From positions 32,001 to 96,000 of IMG/VR virus record IMGVR_UViG_3300032722_000006: DNA of 64,000 nt. The stretch is one strand, 5' to 3'. The notes under the pieces are model-generated. The model searched no databases. It was not told the origin of the DNA and saw nothing but the letters and a program-made list of their open reading frames with translations. The position numbers and the translations under genes are program-made. Below are positions 30,412 to 38,953 of this stretch, piece by piece (position 1 is the stretch's first letter; the number at the start of each line of letters is the position of its first letter). The DNA comes from a virus.

Positions 30412-33288
30412 ATGGCTAACGCTGTCACCACGAACTACCCTCTTTTCTCTTCGAATGACATGTTCAGTGCCATCTGGAAGCTGACGCGCACGATGTTGTC
30501 TGCAGGTTGGAGGTACAAGGGCAGCGGTAACGGACAGAACTTGTACGGAACTGGCACGTCGGGCACAGGAGGCGCATACATCGCATCATCATTTAATTGC
30601 GCACGAAGTGGCGGCGGTGCCAGCGTTGTTGCGTTCTCGTCAAACATCATGACGATCACAGTGCCGAACAACTATACCGGTACAGGGAACATACAAGGCA
30701 CGATATCTGTCACGAACGGTTCGACAACTATCAGTTTCTCTGCGAACCAAACGCTTCCTGTGGGCGGCGCATTCGTGTTCAACACGTCGTCTCAACCTTC
30801 AACATTGTACTTCAACTCAGCTGCGATCTCAAACACAAATACACTAACATTAGCAACGAACTTCACCGGCACAACGCAGTCTAGCGTTGCAGCATCATAC
30901 CTGTTTGCGCTACCTGGAACAGTCACCCTATCGGGGTCAACGTCTGTCACAACGTCAAGTTCATGGGTAGGCATTGTTACGCCTGGCGAGCAGATCGTGT
31001 TCAGTCCGCAACCCGGCACAACGTACACTGTCACTGCAGTGACATCATCTACAGTCACGTTGAGCAGCTCATACACGGGGTCGACTGGTTCAGGAAAGTA
31101 CGCAGTTGTCACGTCAACGTTGAACGCAGGAATGATCGGGCAGTACGTCACGTTGTCAGGCGCGGCAAATTCATCCGGAACGATCAACGGTACATGGCGA
31201 ATCACAGGGATCAGCACAACTGCAAATTCATTCACTGTGTACAATGCCGCTGGGGCGTCTACAGACTCAAACAACGGATCGATTAACTGGGCATGCATCC
31301 TTGATGCTGCAGGTGATCAATGGGGCGCCGGCGGTGCAGTCAATCTTAGCAACGCTGGACGTATATCAAACTCTGGTGCAGGCGTCGGATTAGCAGCTGC
31401 GGGTACCGGTACGTCGGGATTGTCAGTTGTCACGGGCATCACAGGCGCCACACAGGCATCCGTGGGTGACTATCTGACGATCACGGGTTCAAGTGCAACC
31501 GGCGGTCCAAACAACTCAACAGGAACAAATAACGGCTCCTGGCGCATCGTTGCGGTGTCAACCGCCGGTACGTCATGCACGGTGTACGCGCCTGGGATGG
31601 TTGCAGAGACAGGTAATGCATCGCTAAATGTTGTCGAGCAATACGGCGGCGCCGGAGCTAGCATCACATCATTCTCGTCGACAACAAGTGGTCAGTCAAC
31701 ACTCATGACGTTGACCGGCCTCAGCGGACTGTCATCATCAGACGTCGGACGTTTCATCACGCTTATCAACCCGACCAGCGTAAGCAACATCGGCTCATTT
31801 TTGATTGTGTCAGTGCTATCATCATCGAGTTGCCTCATCTACAACCCGAACGCCACTGCAAGCGATGCTCACAACGGCAGCATTCAATGGGTCGAGTACA
31901 GCACGTTGAGCCAGACATACCCACTCTACATCCAGAGCACTACCGGAGGCAGCGCATGGATCGACCTACAAGGTCCTACGATCATGAAGATCCCTATCGG
32001 TACGAATGTACCTTCTGGCACTTTCATTCGTGGTGAGAACGTCACGCAAACGAGTTCAGGCGCGCAAGGTGAGCTTTTGGGAATCGTGCAGGACGCTACA
32101 GGTGGCGCCGGTTTCCTAGTCATCGCTCCTCGTGTTGTTGGCACAGGAAGTTACGCTAGTCCAGTCGCAACATATGGGTGGAATAACACAGCGAATGTTG
32201 ACACAGTCACCGGAAGTTGGTCAGGTGCAACGGTCAACACTCCTGCTTCAAGCGTTCCAATCGCATACGTACGTGAAACTGTCATCTGGAAGAACTACAA
32301 CAACTCTGGCATCATCTGGCACCAGTGTATCGATCAGAATTCATCAACCGAGAGTGCAATCACACCGAACACGGGTCGTCTATCGACAATGGCGAACACG
32401 CTTCCACAGATGACAGGAAACATGGCGCCGGGAGGATCCGGTGGTTCGAACAACCCAACGCTAAATGGATTTTCGAATAATTGGGTCGGGACGTACTGCG
32501 TCATGGGATACTGCGGTCAGGGTACGCCGTTTGGAAGCGCGCCTGTAAACAATGCGTGGGCGTATTGGCCCGGGTGCATAAACATCTCGCCTGGAACTGG
32601 CAAGGCACAATTGCTAGTTGCGAACTGCGTTGAACAACAAGGAATTTCCGCCGATGGAACATGGCTCTACCTTCAGGGCGTTCCATCGACGGGCTACCAG
32701 TGCTTGTCATATCTACGACTAGACAATCAGGAAGACGGTGATCTTGATCCGTACGTGCACCAAGCACATTATAACGGTTCATTGAACGGTGCTGCAACAA
32801 GAATCATCAGTACGAATGCAACCAGTGGGTCGGGGAGCACGACAGACAACATGAACACTGCAGCAGCGTGGAATAACTCCACAGCCTCGCATGGATTCAC
32901 AGGATTCCGTCGAAGAGGTTTGCTTGGCGAAACGTTCAATAATTTCAGCGTTGCTATCCTCAGAGATTATGCATCATCAAATTATCCGATAACGACAAAC
33001 ACGTCAAATCCTGACACGGTGAGTCATGCAGTGACATCAACGTGGGTGCGTGAGCCATTTTGGTTGTACTTGACACCATTTCCCAACAATCTCGCGTCAG
33101 GTCGTATGCGAAAGGGCACACCCCGTTGGTTACAGTTGGTCGAGTCCTATCAGACAAACGGCACGGCAATGGCAGTCAATTCTACGTTCGACAGTGCTGA
33201 ATGGGTAGTTCTATCACCGACTTCAAACGCATCATTCACTGTGGGTCTATTCGATGGTGGCACTAGCAACGGCGCCCCCATATTCTGA
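30412..33288 (+). CDS. Virion protein, paralogue 1 of 3
   Basis: Shared blocks WKL.RT...AGW.YK, LQGP, RGENV.Q, RLDNQEDGDLDPY, GFRRRG, RMRKGTPRW. Confidence 0.75.
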   Translation: MANAVTTNYPLFSSNDMFSAIWKLTRTMLSAGWRYKGSGNGQNLYGTGTSGTGGAYIASSFNCARSGGGASVVAFSSNIMTITVPNNYTGTGNIQGTISVTNGSTTISFSANQTLPVGGAFVFNTSSQPSTLYFNSAAISNTNTLTLATNFTGTTQSSVAASYLFALPGTVTLSGSTSVTTSSSWVGIVTPGEQIVFSPQPGTTYTVTAVTSSTVTLSSSYTGSTGSGKYAVVTSTLNAGMIGQYVTLSGAANSSGTINGTWRITGISTTANSFTVYNAAGASTDSNNGSINWACILDAAGDQWGAGGAVNLSNAGRISNSGAGVGLAAAGTGTSGLSVVTGITGATQASVGDYLTITGSSATGGPNNSTGTNNGSWRIVAVSTAGTSCTVYAPGMVAETGNASLNVVEQYGGAGASITSFSSTTSGQSTLMTLTGLSGLSSSDVGRFITLINPTSVSNIGSFLIVSVLSSSSCLIYNPNATASDAHNGSIQWVEYSTLSQTYPLYIQSTTGGSAWIDLQGPTIMKIPIGTNVPSGTFIRGENVTQTSSGAQGELLGIVQDATGGAGFLVIAPRVVGTGSYASPVATYGWNNTANVDTVTGSWSGATVNTPASSVPIAYVRETVIWKNYNNSGIIWHQCIDQNSSTESAITPNTGRLSTMANTLPQMTGNMAPGGSGGSNNPTLNGFSNNWVGTYCVMGYCGQGTPFGSAPVNNAWAYWPGCINISPGTGKAQLLVANCVEQQGISADGTWLYLQGVPSTGYQCLSYLRLDNQEDGDLDPYVHQAHYNGSLNGAATRIISTNATSGSGSTTDNMNTAAAWNNSTASHGFTGFRRRGLLGETFNNFSVAILRDYASSNYPITTNTSNPDTVSHAVTSTWVREPFWLYLTPFPNNLASGRMRKGTPRWLQLVESYQTNGTAMAVNSTFDSAEWVVLSPTSNASFTVGLFDGGTSNGAPIF

Positions 33289-33294
33289 AAACAC

Positions 33295-35403
33295 ATGGCA
33301 AACGCTTGCGATCCAAACTTTAGCATCCTCAACACTTCTGGCTCATCGTCAGAGTACTTCTGCGCGATGTGGAAGTTGAGCCGTACGCTCATCTCGGCCG
33401 GCTGGAGGTACAAGTCATCGGGTAACGGACAAACGTCCGGTGTCAAAGACACGTCTGCGAATGAAGCCACTGACCAGTGGGCCGTCGGCGGCGCAGTGAA
33501 TTTGACATCTGCAGGACGCATATCGAACTCCGGTTCAGGAATTTCGATCGCAGCCGCTAGCGCTAGCACAGGTCTCGCAGTAATTTCAGGCATCACGAGC
33601 GCGAACAGTTACTCTGTGGGAGACTATCTCACGATCACAGGTTCAACTTCGCAAGGTGGCGCAACAATCTCAGGCACGAGCGTCATAGGCACAAACAACG
33701 GATCGTATCGAATCACTGCACAGACAGGAACTACAGTCACAGTGTACGCTCCCGGCATGGTTGCAGAAACTGGAAATTCCGCGCTGGCTGTCGTTGAACA
33801 ATTTGGAGGAGCTAGCGCTCAGATAACGTCATTCTCGACTGTCACGACAAGTGGAGGAAATGGTCAGTCGACCCTCATGACAGTCACGGGCCTAAGCGGC
33901 CTGTCGAGTGCCGACGTTGGTCGAGTGATCACGATCATCAACGCTTCGTCTGGTGCTAACAATGGCACGTTCCTGATCGTGACTGTGTTGTCGTCATCCA
34001 GTTGCCTCATCTACAACCCAAATGCAGTTGCAAGCGATGCGCAGAACGGCGTCGGAATTCAATGGGTCGAAGTTGATCCCAATGCTATGCTGTACCCTGC
34101 ATACTTTGCCGGCAGCTCAGGGGTAGGCGCATGGATCAACCTTCAAGGCCCTACGATCTTGAAGATCCCGATCGGTACGAACCTTCCCACAGGGTCGTTC
34201 GTACGTGGTGAAAACGTCATTCAGACAGGCACCGGTGCTCAAGGTGAGATGTTGGGAATTGTCACCGACTCTTCTGGAGGCACGGGATATCTCGTCATTG
34301 CTCCAAGAACTGTTGGAACTGGTGCGTCTGCTGGTTCAATCGCGTTGTATGGTTGGAACATCTCTGGCACTGACACGATCACAGGAGGTTGGTCAGGCGC
34401 AACCGTGACGTCAACGTCCGGACCTCCAGTAGCATACGTCTCCGAGATGATCATCTGGAAAGGCAGCGCAACGACAGGACACATCTATCACCAACGTGTT
34501 GATCAGAACGCTGCGGGTGAAAGCAACACAACTTCAACGACCGGTCGTTTTTCAACGATGTCGACATTGTCGTATGCAACGTCATTGATCCCACCTGGTG
34601 GTGCAACCGGTGGATCGCCTGTCACAGGAGGTTTTGCGTCTGCATGGACGGGTACCTACGTAGTCATAGGAACGGGTGGATCAGGCGCCGGAGGTACGAG
34701 CGCTGCATTGTGGCCAGGGACGCAGACGCCAACAAATCCGGGAAAAGCGCACCTCATTGCTGCGAACTGTGTTGAACAACAGGGAGTTTCTGCGGACGGA
34801 ACGTGGTTGTACCTGCAATCATGCAATAGTGCAGGCTACCAATGCCTGTCATATCTTAGGATGGACAACCAAGAAGACGGCGATCTAGATCCGTATGTTC
34901 ATCAGTTACATGGCCTTTCAGCGATCAGCAGCACCGCGAGTCGTACAGCAGATGTAGGAAATACAAACGTCGGATCGCAAACTGACAACATGAACGCCGT
35001 GAACGCATGGTTCAACAACACAGGATATCATGGGTTCAAGGGATTTCGCCGGCGTGGATTGTCAAGCGAGACATTCAACTACTTCAGTGTTGCGTTATTG
35101 TACGATTACGCAAATGCTTCATGGCTCACAGAGAACTCAAACAGTGGGAATCCAGATCAGATAGGTTCGAACATTGCAACGACAAGTGTTAGAGACGTGT
35201 TCTGGTTGTGGCTGACACCTTTCACTGCGCAGCTAGCGTCCGGACGCATGCGAAAAGGAACTCCTCGTTGGATGCAGATCATACAATCAAACACGGGTGT
35301 ACACACAACGTTTGATTCCAAATTGTGGGTTGCACTTTCATCGTCACCCTACACTACGTTCGTAGTTGGTCCATGGGATGGAACGACAACTCCCATGTTT
35401 TGA
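33295..35403 (+). CDS. Virion protein, paralogue 2 of 3
   Basis: Same conserved blocks; lacks the N-terminal insert. Confidence 0.75.
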   Translation: MANACDPNFSILNTSGSSSEYFCAMWKLSRTLISAGWRYKSSGNGQTSGVKDTSANEATDQWAVGGAVNLTSAGRISNSGSGISIAAASASTGLAVISGITSANSYSVGDYLTITGSTSQGGATISGTSVIGTNNGSYRITAQTGTTVTVYAPGMVAETGNSALAVVEQFGGASAQITSFSTVTTSGGNGQSTLMTVTGLSGLSSADVGRVITIINASSGANNGTFLIVTVLSSSSCLIYNPNAVASDAQNGVGIQWVEVDPNAMLYPAYFAGSSGVGAWINLQGPTILKIPIGTNLPTGSFVRGENVIQTGTGAQGEMLGIVTDSSGGTGYLVIAPRTVGTGASAGSIALYGWNISGTDTITGGWSGATVTSTSGPPVAYVSEMIIWKGSATTGHIYHQRVDQNAAGESNTTSTTGRFSTMSTLSYATSLIPPGGATGGSPVTGGFASAWTGTYVVIGTGGSGAGGTSAALWPGTQTPTNPGKAHLIAANCVEQQGVSADGTWLYLQSCNSAGYQCLSYLRMDNQEDGDLDPYVHQLHGLSAISSTASRTADVGNTNVGSQTDNMNAVNAWFNNTGYHGFKGFRRRGLSSETFNYFSVALLYDYANASWLTENSNSGNPDQIGSNIATTSVRDVFWLWLTPFTAQLASGRMRKGTPRWMQIIQSNTGVHTTFDSKLWVALSSSPYTTFVVGPWDGTTTPMF

Positions 35404-35423
35404 TACTTGAGAGATAGAGAATC

Positions 35424-38399
35424 ATGGCAAACGCAGCAACAGTCAACCTTGTCGAACAAAACAATGGTGAATTGTTCCACGCAATCTGGAAGTTGACGCG
35501 GACGATGCTCGCTGCTGGGTGGCAATACAAAGCAAGCAGCCTGGCGCTGACAAACACGACGTGGTGGTACAACTATTACGAAACGAGCTACTATTCTCAG
35601 AACGTATACGGCGGATCGATATCGAGCACCGTGAACGCCGCGCAACAGTACACAGGCGCTAGCGTCACTGCGTATTCATCGTCATTGATGACACTCACGA
35701 TACCTGCGATACCGTTCTGTGGAGTACCACAGCCAAATACTTGCACGTGCACCAACGGTAGCCCAAACGTTACTGGGATACCAACCAATACTGCATGTAG
35801 CGCAGGCGATATTTTTACGTTCGTTCCTAGCACGTCAACAAGAAATCCTGGTTCAACGACGTTCTACGTCTGCTCAACGAATGAAAACGGAACTACGACG
35901 ATTCCACTAACGACAAACTTCGGAGGTACGACCGGTACGTACATCTTCTCAAGGTTGTCATGTATCGGCGGCCCAAACTCTGGCGGCCCGTGCACATTCA
36001 CGCTGGCGGCGTCATCATCAGTCACGACATCAGTCAACACGATTGGGTGGATCAACGTCGGCGATCAGATCATGTTCAGTTCACAGTTGAACACGTACTA
36101 CACTGTCACGGCAGTGACCTCAAGCTCGATCACACTCAACACTTCATACACGGGAACTACAGGTTCAGGGAAGTACGGCTACCTGGTATCGAATGGGTTC
36201 AACGCATCGTGTGTTGGACAAAACGTGACGATCTCTGGTGCTGCGAACTCGTCCGGAACGATCAATGGAACGTACCTGATCATTGCGCAACCAACGTTCA
36301 ATACCATTCAAGTGTACAATCCTTCGGGTGCGTCTACCGACTCAAACAATGGTTCGATTGCGCTGACACTCGTGAAGGATGCAGCGCTTGACCTGTGGGG
36401 CGTTGGAGGTGCAGTGAACATCCAGAACGTGTCGGGTACACACGGTTCTGGGTCTGGGACAGGCGTCACGATCGTACCAGGAGGTCCGTACAACGGTACG
36501 TACGGTTACGTTCAGAATTCAGGCATCATGGGATATGTCACCATCACAGGCGTGACAGGCTTCTCACAGACTGCATCACCCGGCAGGTACGTCACCATCA
36601 CGGGTTCAACGCAATTGTATAGCGGCGGCGCAACGCTTTTTTCAAACAATGGAAGCTATCGTATCGTTTCTGCAAATTCTGCCGGAACATCCGTCGTCAT
36701 ATATGCGCCACAATTGATCCCAGAGACGGGAAATTCATCGTTGACTGTCGTTGAGCAGTATGGCGGCGCAGATGGGACACTTGGCGCATTCTCAACGCTG
36801 AGTCCTTCGGGAACCGGTCAGTCGACCCTCATCAATTTCACCACCTCAACGTTCACAGGATTCACAGCGTCTGATGTTGGCAAGAGGATCACAATTCTCA
36901 ACGCTACGAACACGCTCACGAACAGCAACACGTTCACAATCGCTCAGTACGTCTCAAGCAACAACGTGTTACTCTATGGGCCAGGGTGCACTGCAAGCGA
37001 CAGCAATACGTCATTGCAGTGGGTTGAAACTGATCCTCTTCAACAAACATACAGTTCGAACTGGTGGGGTAACGGCTGCAGCGGATCATGGATTATTCTT
37101 CAGGGACCGTCGACGATCAAGGTCCCCATCGGTAACAACACTTCGACGGGCGTGCTAATTCGTGGTGAGAATGTTGTCCAATCCTCGACGGGCGCGCAAG
37201 GTGAACTTCTAGGTTACAACTATGATCCCACGGGAGGTGGTCAGGGCTACTTGGTGATCGCGCCGAGGGTTGTTGGCACCGGGTCGAGCGGTTGGTCAGG
37301 CTGCCTGTACGGATGGAATAATTCCGGCACTGACACTGTGACGGGCGGAATTTCTGGTGCGACGGTCACAACAACGGCAGGTCCACCTGTAGTGTACGTC
37401 CGCGAGATGATGATTCAGAAATTTTCATCCTCGACGGGAAACGTCTACTACCAGTGCATCGATCAAAACCCATTGACTGAAAGCGCTACGACGCCTGTCA
37501 CCGGTAGGTTCTCTACGATGGCGAATACGCTTACACAGTCGTGGGGGTGCATAAGTCACATCGTCGCCCCGGGCGGAAGTTTCTATCAGAATGCTGGTTC
37601 ATTGCTAAATGCATTGCCGCGCTATGGCACCATGGTCATGATAGGCTGGACTGGAACGGGCGTTCCAACATACTATGCTGCAACGACGTACGGAACCTCC
37701 ACGTATGGTTATTGGACAGGTTGCTCTAACGTTGGTAGTGAATGGGGTGCTCGTGCGCATACGCTCGTTGCGAACAACATAGAGCAACAAGGAATATCGC
37801 AAGACGGATCGTGGATCTACTTGCAGTCTGCATACTACTCGGGCAACCCATCTGCGTACCTCGGAATGGCATGCCAACGTCTAGACAATCAAGAGGACGG
37901 AGATGTCGATCCGTATGCTTGTCAGGTGATGTCGAGTTACACACCGGCCACCGCAGTAGCCACTGCATGCGGCACAACTAACATAAATAATGCTGACAAT
38001 TACTCGCTACCGAACGTGATATGGTCAAGCTATTCTCAATGGCGCGGGTTTCGTCGTCGTGGCATGGGACAAGGTGACAACTTTTATGGGTTGCAAATGG
38101 CGTACCTGTACGATCCGTATCAAGGAACTTACATCATGGGAACTTCCAATGGTGGCATTCCAGATCAAGTTGCAACTGCATTCACGCCGACAAACGTACG
38201 AGAGCCGATATGGCTGTACATCGGAGGAACAGCCGGCTATCCTCGCATGCGAAAAGGAACTCCTAGGTGGATGATGCTTTCACAAGGTACATTCTCTAAC
38301 CAGACGTTTGACAGCATGAAGTGGATCAGTCTCTCAAACTCTGGGAACGCACAGTTCGTTGTGGGTCCATGGGATGGCGCGACAGTTCCTACGTTCTGA
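35424..38399 (+). CDS. Virion protein, paralogue 3 of 3
   Basis: Same conserved blocks; Cys/Tyr-rich inserts. Confidence 0.75.
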   Translation: MANAATVNLVEQNNGELFHAIWKLTRTMLAAGWQYKASSLALTNTTWWYNYYETSYYSQNVYGGSISSTVNAAQQYTGASVTAYSSSLMTLTIPAIPFCGVPQPNTCTCTNGSPNVTGIPTNTACSAGDIFTFVPSTSTRNPGSTTFYVCSTNENGTTTIPLTTNFGGTTGTYIFSRLSCIGGPNSGGPCTFTLAASSSVTTSVNTIGWINVGDQIMFSSQLNTYYTVTAVTSSSITLNTSYTGTTGSGKYGYLVSNGFNASCVGQNVTISGAANSSGTINGTYLIIAQPTFNTIQVYNPSGASTDSNNGSIALTLVKDAALDLWGVGGAVNIQNVSGTHGSGSGTGVTIVPGGPYNGTYGYVQNSGIMGYVTITGVTGFSQTASPGRYVTITGSTQLYSGGATLFSNNGSYRIVSANSAGTSVVIYAPQLIPETGNSSLTVVEQYGGADGTLGAFSTLSPSGTGQSTLINFTTSTFTGFTASDVGKRITILNATNTLTNSNTFTIAQYVSSNNVLLYGPGCTASDSNTSLQWVETDPLQQTYSSNWWGNGCSGSWIILQGPSTIKVPIGNNTSTGVLIRGENVVQSSTGAQGELLGYNYDPTGGGQGYLVIAPRVVGTGSSGWSGCLYGWNNSGTDTVTGGISGATVTTTAGPPVVYVREMMIQKFSSSTGNVYYQCIDQNPLTESATTPVTGRFSTMANTLTQSWGCISHIVAPGGSFYQNAGSLLNALPRYGTMVMIGWTGTGVPTYYAATTYGTSTYGYWTGCSNVGSEWGARAHTLVANNIEQQGISQDGSWIYLQSAYYSGNPSAYLGMACQRLDNQEDGDVDPYACQVMSSYTPATAVATACGTTNINNADNYSLPNVIWSSYSQWRGFRRRGMGQGDNFYGLQMAYLYDPYQGTYIMGTSNGGIPDQVATAFTPTNVREPIWLYIGGTAGYPRMRKGTPRWMMLSQGTFSNQTFDSMKWISLSNSGNAQFVVGPWDGATVPTF

Positions 38400-38411
38400 T
38401 CGGAGAAATTG

Positions 38412-38912
38412 ATGACTGATTATGGAAAGTCACAATGCCGTCAGACGGAGAACATAGGCAATTCGCCGTGTGGTCAGACAGGTTATCCCTTTGGTTCACG
38501 AGGAAATGCGTACCACGAGTATGGCACAGTGAAGGATGTACCGGTCCGCGCATCAAAAGACGGAAATCTATCCAGTTCGAGCGTGACGCCAGCTGGTTCA
38601 GGCTCAACGCAATCAGCCGGTGGACATCACTATTTCCGCCTTTCGACGTTGAAAGATGCTTTAAATCGTTATGGAAAATCGAACGGACTGTTCGGTGGAA
38701 AGTCAGGAACTTCAGGTGCAACGCAGGCAAACACTGGACCACTACCATTCCCACCATCGTCAGGGGGCACTGTCACGTATTACTCAATGCGCAGGACTGA
38801 CACTGCAGCAGCAAACGGTTACAGTCATTGGGTGAACACGACTGGTGACGCAACTGGGGCGCCGTCGTCTGTTGGATCGGTTGGCCCTCCTGTCATCATC
38901 ACAACGTTCTGA
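38412..38912 (+). CDS. Gly/Ser-rich hypothetical virion protein
   Basis: GGAG RBS; in structural operon. Confidence 0.65.
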   Translation: MTDYGKSQCRQTENIGNSPCGQTGYPFGSRGNAYHEYGTVKDVPVRASKDGNLSSSSVTPAGSGSTQSAGGHHYFRLSTLKDALNRYGKSNGLFGGKSGTSGATQANTGPLPFPPSSGGTVTYYSMRRTDTAAANGYSHWVNTTGDATGAPSSVGSVGPPVIITTF

Positions 38913-38953
38913 CAGTGGATACGTATGAAACACGCTAACGTGAAGGAAGAACA

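Noticed and set aside
30412-38399. Diversity-generating retroelement acting on the paralogues
   Set aside because: No reverse transcriptase and no near-identical template/variable repeat pair with adenine-specific differences seen.
30400-38412. TGA readthrough fusing in-frame neighbours (30402/30412, 33288/33295, 38399/38412)
   Set aside because: One in three junctions is in frame by chance, and the paralogues each have their own conserved MANA start.
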